Shown here piece after piece: positions 51,349-59,809 of a DNA stretch of 64,000 bases. A program made the translations under genes and the position numbers. Each line of letters starts with the position of its first letter. The first letter of the stretch is position 1. This DNA comes from a virus, in IMG/VR virus record IMGVR_UViG_3300020472_000012, positions 1 through 64,000 of that record. One strand, written 5' to 3'. The notes under the pieces were generated by a model that saw only the letters and a list, made by a program, of their open reading frames with translations, had not been told where the DNA came from and searched no databases.

Positions 51349-52024
51349 GAGAGTAAAACCCTTAAGGGGCATTAAAGCACTCTTACAACTTGCCAAATCT
51401 AAGCAGAACATTCAGTCTTATTTGGATGTGAATCATGCGTTCAATGGAAACTCTCCAGACAATACTATTTCTAAGTGGGCATCAAGTTCACAAGGTATTA
51501 GATATTCTAGAGGCGAACGATTACCTTTATTAAAAGAATATCCAAAGAACTCTGTTGGTTGGCATTTAAACAAAATGCAACTTGACCCTAAGTATGCAGA
51601 TTTCAATTTTCTACAATCAAACAAATACATTAACCCACAAAAAGCATTCTCAAACTGGATAGTTGATACTCATGATATTGGACATATTGTGAGTGGATAT
51701 GGTGATGATGGTTTTGGAGAACTTCTCAGAGTTGAATATGAGATAGGTGGAACTTACATGCAAGGATGGAAGGTTATATCTCTAATGTTCCAATCTAAAG
51801 TATTTTTGTTGAATCCTATGTTGTATTTTAAACTAAGACCAATGATTAAAGAAGCATCCCAGAGAGGAAAAGATTCTAATCCATATGTTATGGTAGATTG
51901 GTTTGAATATCTTGACCAACCATTAAATTTTGTGCGAGAGAGAATATTGAGACTTCAACCTACCACCTTATATCAGTATAAAGACCCTCGTTGGCATTCA
52001 TTCGTAGAAAGTAATTTTAATTAG
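51335..52024 (+). CDS. Coq4-like protein
   Basis: YPKNSVG; THDIGHIVSGYGDDGFGE (HDxxH...GE); RGK...VDWFEYLDQPL..VR. Confidence 0.75.
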   Translation: MIYLKRVKPLRGIKALLQLAKSKQNIQSYLDVNHAFNGNSPDNTISKWASSSQGIRYSRGERLPLLKEYPKNSVGWHLNKMQLDPKYADFNFLQSNKYINPQKAFSNWIVDTHDIGHIVSGYGDDGFGELLRVEYEIGGTYMQGWKVISLMFQSKVFLLNPMLYFKLRPMIKEASQRGKDSNPYVMVDWFEYLDQPLNFVRERILRLQPTTLYQYKDPRWHSFVESNFN

Positions 52025-52166
52025 ACGCTTGTTTTAATTGTTTATCTAGTGGATGTACATGTTTTTCATATGTCATAACACCCGCTGCTCTTGCAACCTT
52101 ATGTAACCTTCCAGATTTCATCAACTTATGAAATCTATTTATTTTCTTTTTCAATTCCTTTTTCAT
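52017..52166 (-). CDS. 49-aa basic protein (not in ORF track)
   Basis: MKKELKKKINRFHKLMKSGRLHKVARAAGVMTYEKHVHPLDKQLKQASN. Confidence 0.55.
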   Translation of the reverse strand: MKKELKKKINRFHKLMKSGRLHKVARAAGVMTYEKHVHPLDKQLKQASN

Positions 52167-52184
52167 ACTATTATATATGCACAG

Positions 52185-52213
52185 TTGTCACAGTATTGTC
52201 ACAAAACTGTAAT
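52185..52213 (+). promoter_or_regulatory. Pho-box-like tandem repeat
   Basis: TTGTCAC-agta-TTGTCAC-aaaa-CTGTAAT, 11-bp period. Confidence 0.65.
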
Positions 52214-52234
52214 ATTTCCATTATCTCTCCAGAA

Positions 52235-52264
52235 TTGACACAGGGGTGCCCTTTTTAGTATAAT
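52235..52264 (+). promoter_or_regulatory. Early-type promoter, 18-bp spacer
   Basis: TTGACA-N18-TATAAT before the tRNA. Confidence 0.8.
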
Positions 52265-52272
52265 AGCTAAAT

Positions 52273-52347
52273 GGTCTGTTAGTTCATCGGTAAGAATACT
52301 GCCCTGTCACGGCAGAGAGAAGGGTTCGATTCCCTTACAGACCGCCA
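52273..52347 (+). tRNA. tRNA-Asp(GTC)
   Basis: Acceptor GGTCTGT/ACAGACC; anticodon arm CTGCC-CTGTCAC-GGCAG; TTCGATT T-loop; encoded CCA. Confidence 0.95.
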
Positions 52348-52355
52348 GATAACAA

Positions 52356-52385
52356 TTGACACATGGGTGCATAATTTTGTATAAT
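52356..52385 (+). promoter_or_regulatory. Early-type promoter, 18-bp spacer
   Basis: TTGACA-catgggtgc...-TATAAT; ATG 7 nt downstream. Confidence 0.8.
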
Positions 52386-52391
52386 AGCAGT

Positions 52392-54746
52392 ATGGAAATG
52401 GGAAATTTTACAAGACATCAAAAAGACTCTTTGGCAAGATTACTTGCTACTGAGGATTTAGTTATAGAACATAGGAAAACACCTACTGCATATTTTGACC
52501 TTAAAGCAAGGAAATTAGTATGCCCAATTCTTAAAGATGATATGTCTGCAAATCTTTATGACCTCTTTATGGGTCATGAAGTATCACATGCATTACATAC
52601 TCCAGAAGAAGGATGGCACGATGCAATATTTGATAATGGTACATACAAAGGTGCAAAATTTAAAGGTTATCTTAATGTCCTAGAAGATGTTAGGATTGAA
52701 AAAGCAATCAAAGAAAAATATGCTGGATTAAGAAGAGCATTCTTTGATGCATATAAAGAATTACACAATGACCTTGATTTCTTTGGGGTCTCAAAAAAGG
52801 ATGTAAATAAACTTGCATTCATCGATAGAATCAATCTTTACTTTAAAGTAGGTCATACTTTAATGATTGATTTCTCAGATAAAGAATTAAAAATCATCAC
52901 TGCAATTAATACCAAGATGGATACTTGGGATAAAGTTGTTAAGATGGCAGAATACCTATTTGAACTTTCTAAGGATGAAGTGGTAGAACCACAAGAAGAC
53001 CCTAGTCAACAATTGGTTCCACAATTTAAAGATGAAGATGGTCTAGAAGATATTGGTGATGAAGATAGTTCATCTTCAATGGATATGGAAAGTGATGAAG
53101 AAGCAGAAGAAGAAATGGATTCTTTTGGTTCACCAGTTTCCGATGATATTTTCAATGAAGAAGAAAAAGAAACTAAAGAAGAAAATGAAACTGATGGTTC
53201 TAGTGATGAAGGTGAAAAAGAAGAATCAGAAAAAGAAAAAGAAATAAAAACAGAACAAGATTTAGGTGGAAGTGGTGCTGGTGAATACAGTGAATCAATG
53301 ACTGATAAAGTTTCAAGACAAAATGAAGAACACTTCCTTCATGATGATAATGAAGAAAAAGAATGGCACAATAAAGACAATTCTTATGTTTCATTACAAA
53401 CTAAAGATATTAAATTTGATGATTATAGAATCACTTACAAAAAAGTTCTTGAGGAATTAAAAGAAGGTCAAGAGAAAAATTTTGGTAAAGAAACTTGGGA
53501 TAATGCCAAAGATGAATATGTTACATGTGACAACTACGATGATGTTTGGAGATATGTCAATGAGTTTTTAGACCATAACAAAAACATCGTCAACTACATG
53601 GCAAAAGAATTTGATATGAGAAAGGCTGCATCAAACTACAAAAAAGCAATGACTGCTAAAAGTGGTGAGATTGATATGCAGAAAATCCAAAACTACCTAA
53701 TCAAAGATGATATCTTTAAAAAGGTTACAGTTGTGCCAGATGGTAAAAATCATGGTCTACTTATGTTAGTAGACTGGAGTGGTTCAATGGCTGATTGTAT
53801 TGCAGAGACTTTAGAACAATGTATAGTTCTTACAATGTTTGCCAGAAGAGTTGGTATCCCTCATAGAGTATATGCATTCTCTGATGGTTACAGAGCAGAT
53901 GATGAATCAAACTACGAAGAAGAAAGAGAAAAAACTCAAGGAGCCATTGATAGGAAAGAAGTTTACATTGGTAAAATTAAATTATTTGAGTTCTTCTCAG
54001 ATAAAATGAATCAAAGAGATTTCAAAGAAATGGTAATGAGACTTATGATTCAAGTTGATTCAATGTTTTACTGGAGAGCAAGTTCTGATAAATTTAATAA
54101 TCCTTGTTATGGTGCTCAGAACTATAACTTAAGTGGTACACCACTTGATGAGTCTTTAGTAATCATGAGAGACTACATTATAGATTTCAAAAATAACTAC
54201 AACATTGATAAACTACAATTTGTTACTTTAACAGATGGTGAAAGTTTCCAGTGTAATGGTCTTAGACAAGGTTATGCTAGAAAACAATTTTTCCACGATA
54301 GAAAAACTTTAGGTACTTTCGAGTATGCTGGAAGAAATTATGAACAAAGTGGAACTGATACTCTATTAAAGTGGTTGGAAAAAACTACTGGAGTTGATAC
54401 TGTTGGGTTCTTCCTATGCAAACAAGGTCATAGAGCTTTTGATAATGCAGTAAGTCAGTTTGGAAAATCTGAACTTGGTTACTACGACCAAAGTGTAAAG
54501 AACAAAGAAGATTATAAAGTATTCAGAAAAGATGGTGGATTCAAAGTTCCTTGCTCAGACAAGTCTGGCTACAAAGAATTCTACCTTCTAAACATCAAAA
54601 AGATGCAGATTGTATCAGAAGATGATACTTTAGATGTAGATGCTGGTGCAAGTAAACAAGCATTGAAGGGTGCAATGAAGAGAATGGGAAATAACAAACT
54701 ATCTCAGAGAAAAATCCTTCAACATTTCATCAAAAAGGTTGCATAA
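52392..54746 (+). CDS. HExxH metallopeptidase-like / acidic linker / VWA protein (CobT-like)
   Basis: GHEVSH; NVLEDVRIE; acidic linker; MIDAS DWSGSM; GTPL; LTDGE. Confidence 0.85.
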   Translation: MEMGNFTRHQKDSLARLLATEDLVIEHRKTPTAYFDLKARKLVCPILKDDMSANLYDLFMGHEVSHALHTPEEGWHDAIFDNGTYKGAKFKGYLNVLEDVRIEKAIKEKYAGLRRAFFDAYKELHNDLDFFGVSKKDVNKLAFIDRINLYFKVGHTLMIDFSDKELKIITAINTKMDTWDKVVKMAEYLFELSKDEVVEPQEDPSQQLVPQFKDEDGLEDIGDEDSSSSMDMESDEEAEEEMDSFGSPVSDDIFNEEEKETKEENETDGSSDEGEKEESEKEKEIKTEQDLGGSGAGEYSESMTDKVSRQNEEHFLHDDNEEKEWHNKDNSYVSLQTKDIKFDDYRITYKKVLEELKEGQEKNFGKETWDNAKDEYVTCDNYDDVWRYVNEFLDHNKNIVNYMAKEFDMRKAASNYKKAMTAKSGEIDMQKIQNYLIKDDIFKKVTVVPDGKNHGLLMLVDWSGSMADCIAETLEQCIVLTMFARRVGIPHRVYAFSDGYRADDESNYEEEREKTQGAIDRKEVYIGKIKLFEFFSDKMNQRDFKEMVMRLMIQVDSMFYWRASSDKFNNPCYGAQNYNLSGTPLDESLVIMRDYIIDFKNNYNIDKLQFVTLTDGESFQCNGLRQGYARKQFFHDRKTLGTFEYAGRNYEQSGTDTLLKWLEKTTGVDTVGFFLCKQGHRAFDNAVSQFGKSELGYYDQSVKNKEDYKVFRKDGGFKVPCSDKSGYKEFYLLNIKKMQIVSEDDTLDVDAGASKQALKGAMKRMGNNKLSQRKILQHFIKKVA

Positions 54747-54748
54747 AG

Positions 54749-54778
54749 TTGACACATGGGTACACTTTTTAGTATAAT
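54749..54778 (+). promoter_or_regulatory. Early-type promoter, 18-bp spacer
   Basis: TTGACA-catgggtac...-TATAAT. Confidence 0.8.
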
Positions 54779-54908
54779 AGCTACATGATAAAGAGATTAA
54801 ACATAACACCACTGATAGAGATTCCGATAGGTTTCAGAATTTATCAATCTTTGGTTTTGGGATTAATAACAATCCCAGTAATATTTGGAATTTTATAGGA
54901 GAGAAAAT

Positions 54909-56075
54909 ATGAATTTGAATGCAAATCATTATAGGTTTTTGGATGCTTGCTCAGAGCAGTTTCCAGGCCAAGTCGAGTTTTCAAAATCGACAGTAAGGAA
55001 AGTTTGTGATACAGCAAATATTCCTTTCCCATCGTGGTTAATTAGAAAACCACAATTTAAAGCTGGATATGGAACTTATTCAATTGAGTCCATAGTGCCA
55101 GAGAATTATGGTGCAGTTGCTGAAGTAGCAAATACACCATCTGTTGAAGTAGTTAACATTCCTTCAACTGGAGTTGGTATGAATGTACTGGACGATAATG
55201 TTTCAGTGATTCCTTCTCAGATTGAGAACTATGTTCCTTTTGGTCACTTTACTGACCTTAAGAAAATTCTTCAATCTGGCATTTTCTTTCCAGTGTTCAT
55301 AACTGGATTGAGTGGTAATGGTAAAACCTTAATGGTGGAACAGATTTGTGCCAAACTTAAAAAAGAATTATTTAGAGTTAACATCACAATTGAAACTGAT
55401 GAAGATGATTTAATTGGTTCCAACACTTTAGTGAATGGAAACATCATGTTCAGAGAAGGCCCTGTCCTTAAAGCAATGAGGAAAGGTGCTGTTCTTTTGA
55501 TTGATGAAGTTGACCTTGCATCAAACAAGATTATGTGTCTACAATCCATCTTGGAAGGTAAAGGATACTTAATCAAGAAAACTGGTGAGTATGTAGAACC
55601 AGCAGATGGTTTCACAATTTGTGCCACTGCAAATACAAAAGGTAAAGGTTCTGAGGATGGAAGGTTCATAGGAACTAACATCTTGAATGAAGCATTCCTT
55701 GAAAGGTTTGCAATTACTTTGGAACAAAGTTATCCACCAGTGAGAACTGAACAAAAAATCATCAAGAAAGATTTTGAACTTCTTGGAGTCAGTGATGATG
55801 AGTTTGCAGAGAAACTAGTTGACTGGGCTGATGTTATCAGAAAGTCCTTCTACGAAGGTGCAGTTGATGAAGTGATTTCAACTAGAAGGTTGGTTCACAT
55901 TGCAAAAGCATTCTCAATGTTCACTGATAAGTTGAAGTCTATCGAGGTTTGTCTTGCAAGGTTCGATGATGATACAAAAGCAGCCTTCCTTGACCTCTAC
56001 ACTAAAGTTGATGAAGGTGTGTTAGGTCAAGAAGAAGAGATTGAGGAATCAGAGGAAAATGACATCCCAATATAA
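54909..56075 (+). CDS. MoxR/CobS-like AAA+ ATPase
   Basis: GLSGNGKT; ETDEDDLIG; LLIDE; TANTKG; AFLERF; ISTRRL; AGGAGA RBS. Confidence 0.9.
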   Translation: MNLNANHYRFLDACSEQFPGQVEFSKSTVRKVCDTANIPFPSWLIRKPQFKAGYGTYSIESIVPENYGAVAEVANTPSVEVVNIPSTGVGMNVLDDNVSVIPSQIENYVPFGHFTDLKKILQSGIFFPVFITGLSGNGKTLMVEQICAKLKKELFRVNITIETDEDDLIGSNTLVNGNIMFREGPVLKAMRKGAVLLIDEVDLASNKIMCLQSILEGKGYLIKKTGEYVEPADGFTICATANTKGKGSEDGRFIGTNILNEAFLERFAITLEQSYPPVRTEQKIIKKDFELLGVSDDEFAEKLVDWADVIRKSFYEGAVDEVISTRRLVHIAKAFSMFTDKLKSIEVCLARFDDDTKAAFLDLYTKVDEGVLGQEEEIEESEENDIPI

Positions 56076-56286
56076 AAAGAACTCTCCTAAAGGAAAGGGG
56101 CAAGGGTTAAACCTTGCCCTAATTTCCGAAATGAACATAAAACAATTGATTGTATATGTTTATGGTGAAGATAAAGGATGGAAGATTACATCGAATGGTG
56201 CAACTTCCCATTATGGAGTTGAAGTATCTAAGGATAGATTACTCAACATGGCAGTAACAAAACTTAACAATCCTTACGCAGAATGA
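56059..56286 (+). CDS. Hypothetical protein
   Basis: ATG at 56059 with GAGG RBS. Confidence 0.55.
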   Translation: MTSQYKKNSPKGKGQGLNLALISEMNIKQLIVYVYGEDKGWKITSNGATSHYGVEVSKDRLLNMAVTKLNNPYAE

Positions 56287-56378
56287 AATGGATAACAAAA
56301 TTGTTTTTAGACCCAGTGTGGTTATATGTATTTTTCCTTGCAACAGTTTTAGTAAAGGATATAAGGAATAACTTTTGA
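56283..56378 (+). CDS. 31-aa membrane microprotein (not in ORF track)
   Basis: MKWITKLFLDPVWLYVFFLATVLVKDIRNNF; ATGA overlap with the upstream gene. Confidence 0.45.
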   Translation: MKWITKLFLDPVWLYVFFLATVLVKDIRNNF

Positions 56379-56626
56379 ATACAATGACAGAATTTTCAGA
56401 TGTGGTACAAAACCAAATAGAACTCTTAAAAGCAGAAGAGTGGGGCAAACAAGTTAAAATGATTATTGGTGAAGGTGGATATGTAGTCTACCATTTCAAT
56501 AATGGAGATAAACAGATTATAGAATCCAAGACAGGTAAATCCACTTGGGAATATGCTAGTGAAGAGAAAAAACTAAGCATGTTGGAAAGGTTTCAGCGTT
56601 GGAGAGCAGACAACAATGATTCCTAG
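56375..56626 (+). CDS. Hypothetical protein
   Basis: Coding-like; start at 56375 (TTG) or 56384 (ATG). Confidence 0.6.
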   Translation: MNTMTEFSDVVQNQIELLKAEEWGKQVKMIIGEGGYVVYHFNNGDKQIIESKTGKSTWEYASEEKKLSMLERFQRWRADNNDS

Positions 56627-56654
56627 TTATTTAATAATAGGGGCGTTAAGCTCG

Positions 56655-56737
56655 GGCAGGGACAGGGAACTGACCATATACAAAGAGGACACTTATAATA
56701 CTAGCTCTTGTAGTATTGACGAGTTCCCATCCCGCCA
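56655..56737 (+). ncRNA. Candidate structured RNA (long interrupted hairpin ending in CCA)
   Basis: GGCAGGGACAGGGAACT pairs with AGTTCCCATCCCGCC; inner TACAAAGAG/CTCTTGTA; GC-rich intergenic island. Confidence 0.45.
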
Positions 56738-56758
56738 GATTTTATTTATGAATATACC

Positions 56759-58009
56759 ATGTCTATAGAAGCAAAATTATATAAGATAACAATTGATAAA
56801 CCAGAGCCACCTTTCTATTATGTAGGATGGACAGCACAAGTTGGTAAAGGTGATAGTTATCTACACTCATCGTTGAATAAACAACTTAAAGAAGATATGA
56901 GTAGGTATCCATATGACCATGAAGAAATGGAAGTTGGAACTAAAGAAGACATGGCAACACAAGAATATAGAATACTACATTCAGTAGATGCAATTAATAA
57001 TGACGATTGGTACAACAATAATAATGGTGGTGGAAAGTATGTAAGGAAACATGGTAACTTAGATGCAATGGATTCCTTCACTGAGAAACTAAGGAATAAA
57101 GAATTCCTACTTGGAGATAGTATCTTGCTTGCAGATGTTGAGAAGATGAGAAGATTCCAAGTTAGACATAAAGTTATAAACAGGAAACACAAATTAAAAC
57201 TTCAAGATAATATCAATACCAATAAAGGTGATATGAGAAATTGGGAACCAATTATCGTTCTTGAAGATTTCGATGGTGAAGGTGAACATCTTCTTTTTCA
57301 AGGTAATCACACAACCCAAGCTTCAATAGACTCTGGAAAAGTTCATGAACTTCCACACCAGTTAGTTCCTAAAGAAGAGTGGAGTAAACTTACTGATGAT
57401 GAATTAGAGACAGTTTGTAGAAGATTAAACCCACAACACGAGAAACCAAGTTTACCAACAGATGATGATGAAGCAATTGCATGGATTGTTGATAAACATT
57501 TTGAGAAAAATATCTCACCTAGTTCAGATATTATCTACGAAGAAATGGAAAAATGGGGATATCAGAAATCCTATGTTCAGAGAAGTCTTGTCTATCATGC
57601 AGAGAAAAAGATTAAGTCACAAAAAGGTATTCCATCTGGGCATATAATAATAGATTATACTCAAGGTTCAGATAAAAATAGATTAGAGAAAAAACTAAGA
57701 AAAGCAAGAACCGATAATTCTGATGCATATTCTATCAGTAGTGGTTATTTTAAGTTAGATAACTTTCTTGACGATTTCTTAGATAATGCAGACCAAAAGA
57801 AAAAAGATAGATTAGAATTGATTAAGATTTTTGTATATCATGTAGATTATGCAAAGAAAGAAGAGTGGGATAATAAGTATTATCCAATTGTGAAAACTTG
57901 GATTGATGGACTAAATAAAATCAGTCAAGAAGAATATCGAGTTCAAGTAGAATTTGAGGTTCTACCTTTTACTCGACCAAACCCAATAAAACAGACTAAG
58001 GAGTCTTAA
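56759..58009 (+). CDS. GIY-YIG(Seg)-like N-terminal domain fused to a ParB/Srx-like domain
   Basis: LYKIT...YYVG...SY..SS...E...L...WYN...GG; then QVR...EPIIV...LFQGNHT..A. Confidence 0.55.
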   Translation: MSIEAKLYKITIDKPEPPFYYVGWTAQVGKGDSYLHSSLNKQLKEDMSRYPYDHEEMEVGTKEDMATQEYRILHSVDAINNDDWYNNNNGGGKYVRKHGNLDAMDSFTEKLRNKEFLLGDSILLADVEKMRRFQVRHKVINRKHKLKLQDNINTNKGDMRNWEPIIVLEDFDGEGEHLLFQGNHTTQASIDSGKVHELPHQLVPKEEWSKLTDDELETVCRRLNPQHEKPSLPTDDDEAIAWIVDKHFEKNISPSSDIIYEEMEKWGYQKSYVQRSLVYHAEKKIKSQKGIPSGHIIIDYTQGSDKNRLEKKLRKARTDNSDAYSISSGYFKLDNFLDDFLDNADQKKKDRLELIKIFVYHVDYAKKEEWDNKYYPIVKTWIDGLNKISQEEYRVQVEFEVLPFTRPNPIKQTKES

Positions 58010-58011
58010 AC

Positions 58012-58155
58012 ATGGCACAACCACAATCTCAACAAGACCTATTGAAGTTTCAAGGTAAGAGAATTAAAGACCAATCAGAATCAATTGCAGAACAAAGCAA
58101 GAAGATTGCTGAATGGATTACACAACAACAAGACCCAAGACATAACCAAGAGTGA
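58012..58155 (+). CDS. 47-aa Gln-rich protein (not in ORF track)
   Basis: AAGGAG RBS; MAQPQSQQDLLKFQGKR...DPRHNQE. Confidence 0.6.
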   Translation: MAQPQSQQDLLKFQGKRIKDQSESIAEQSKKIAEWITQQQDPRHNQE

Positions 58156-58368
58156 ATGAATAGAAAACAACACAAAGCACTTAAAGAAACATTCGTTACA
58201 GTCTTTACTGGATTGGTCATTAATTGGCCAATCAGTTTAGGATTGTTATACTTATGTTGGGATGTAATTGGACTTAACACTCTTGAGACTTCTATCGTTA
58301 TGACATTAGGTATGACTTTAGTTGCTCTCTTGAGGGTCTTTACTATTAGGATGTATTACGAAGAATGA
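58156..58368 (+). CDS. Small two-TM membrane protein
   Basis: Two hydrophobic segments. Confidence 0.65.
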   Translation: MNRKQHKALKETFVTVFTGLVINWPISLGLLYLCWDVIGLNTLETSIVMTLGMTLVALLRVFTIRMYYEE

Positions 58369-58691
58369 ATAAACAATTAGAATTAGACTTCCAGTTAAGT
58401 AAACCTATTCCTAGAGGTCAAATAGACCAACAGGAATATGCAAGGGTATTGAATTCTGTAGGAGTCTTTGTGGACTATGTTCATGGGACTTATGAAGAAG
58501 TAGAAAATTACTGTGACATCAACAATTATTGGGTAGATAGGTATCTAGACCATGTTGACCCTATGACAGTACAAAGACATTTTAAATATATTGGTTCTGG
58601 GCAGAATCCATGTTCAGTTGCTAGACCAATTTACCAGTACGATAAGGATGGTAAGTTTATTGGTTACACTGAATTTAAAGAGAAATGGTAA
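58365..58691 (+). CDS. Hypothetical protein
   Basis: ATGA coupling; coding-like. Confidence 0.6.
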   Translation: MNKQLELDFQLSKPIPRGQIDQQEYARVLNSVGVFVDYVHGTYEEVENYCDINNYWVDRYLDHVDPMTVQRHFKYIGSGQNPCSVARPIYQYDKDGKFIGYTEFKEKW

Positions 58692-58692
58692 C

Positions 58693-58720
58693 TTGACAAA
58701 TCCAGAATCTATGAGATAAT
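58693..58720 (+). promoter_or_regulatory. Sigma70-like promoter, 16-bp spacer
   Basis: TTGACA-N16-GATAAT; ATG 7 nt downstream. Confidence 0.65.
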
Positions 58721-58726
58721 AATTAT

Positions 58727-59023
58727 ATGAGTGATATAAAGTATAAATTTAACGAACCCAAACTATTGAAAGAAATAGCAGATTATGTAACTACTACCTA
58801 TGAACAACATTATGGTGGTGGTAAATATCAGGCAACTGATATGATAATTGACTCTGGACATGGTGAGGGTTTTTCAGTAGGTAATATTATGAAGTATGCA
58901 ATGAGATATGGTAAGAAAGGTGGTAAGAATCGTCAAGACTTGCTTAAGATTGTACATTATTCTCTTATTGCTTTATATAATCATGATGAAACATCAAGTA
59001 GTGAGGTAAAAAATGAATCTTAG
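58727..59023 (+). CDS. DUF3310-like protein
   Basis: TYEQHY...GF..GNIMKYA.RYGKK...DLLKI.HY. Confidence 0.8.
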   Translation: MSDIKYKFNEPKLLKEIADYVTTTYEQHYGGGKYQATDMIIDSGHGEGFSVGNIMKYAMRYGKKGGKNRQDLLKIVHYSLIALYNHDETSSSEVKNES

Positions 59024-59681
59024 TGATGATACTCTTGAAGTCCTAGACAATTTTTCAGATATTAACTCTGGAATTACTGTTAGGGTGGGGCAAGAGTTAA
59101 AAACAATTTCCCCAATGAAAAACATTTTTGGTACAGCCAAAATATCTGAGAACTTTGATAAAGAGTTTTCGATATATGACTTATCAGAATTTCTTGCAAC
59201 TTTATCGTTGTTCGATGCACCAACTTATGAGTTTGGTGAGAAAGAAGTTGTAGTTAGTGAAGGTGGTAATAAAGCAAGGTATGTGTATGCAGACCCTTCA
59301 ATGATTATTACTCCAGAGAAAGATATAACAATGCCTAATCCAGAGATTGTATTTGAATTAGATAGTAATACTCTAAGTAAAGTACAAAAGGCTGCAAATG
59401 TTCTATCGTTGCCAGACTTAGTTTTGGAATCAGATGGTACAATTGTTCTTCTTGCAGTAAGAGATAGGAAACTAACTGACTCAAGTAATGAGTTTGGTGA
59501 GAAGATTGCAGATGGTGATGGTAGTGTCTATTCAATGAACTTCAAGATAGAGAACTTGAAAGTATTGGATGATGATTATACAGTGTATGTATCATCAAAA
59601 GGTATTTCACACTTTGTTTCAAAGAATAAAGGTGTAGAATATTTCATTGCATTAGAACCAGATTCAAAATATGGGGCATAA
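59013..59681 (+). CDS. gp45: Sliding clamp gp45
   Basis: L.NFS.IN; F.IYDL.EFL; YFIALEPDS. Confidence 0.93.
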   Translation: MNLSDDTLEVLDNFSDINSGITVRVGQELKTISPMKNIFGTAKISENFDKEFSIYDLSEFLATLSLFDAPTYEFGEKEVVVSEGGNKARYVYADPSMIITPEKDITMPNPEIVFELDSNTLSKVQKAANVLSLPDLVLESDGTIVLLAVRDRKLTDSSNEFGEKIADGDGSVYSMNFKIENLKVLDDDYTVYVSSKGISHFVSKNKGVEYFIALEPDSKYGA

Positions 59682-59685
59682 CTCA

Positions 59686-59693
59686 TATAAATA
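59686..59693 (+). promoter_or_regulatory. Late promoter TATAAATA
   Basis: Exact consensus between gp45 and gp44. Confidence 0.6.
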
Positions 59694-59809
59694 ATGAATG
59701 TAGATACTAAGACATTGGTATTAAGGGCTGCAAGACCAACTCTCTCATCTAGGGGTTTTGTTCAGTTTGATAAGGTGGGTTATCAGACTTCTTTAATTCG
59801 AGATATATT

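Noticed and set aside
52273-52347. tRNA as a prophage att site, or as compensation for GAC codons forced by GATC avoidance
   Set aside because: No integrase or duplicated tRNA end, and both flanks are phage-like. GUC is the standard Asp anticodon, so the codon link cannot be supported.
52356-52391. Track-assigned upstream TTG/GTG starts (also 41048, 54885, 51308, 56041)
   Set aside because: They fall within promoter elements or lack an RBS; downstream ATGs fit better.
54909-56075. cobS as a cobalamin-synthesis auxiliary gene
   Set aside because: No cobN or other cob genes in the window; better explained as a MoxR/VWA pair.
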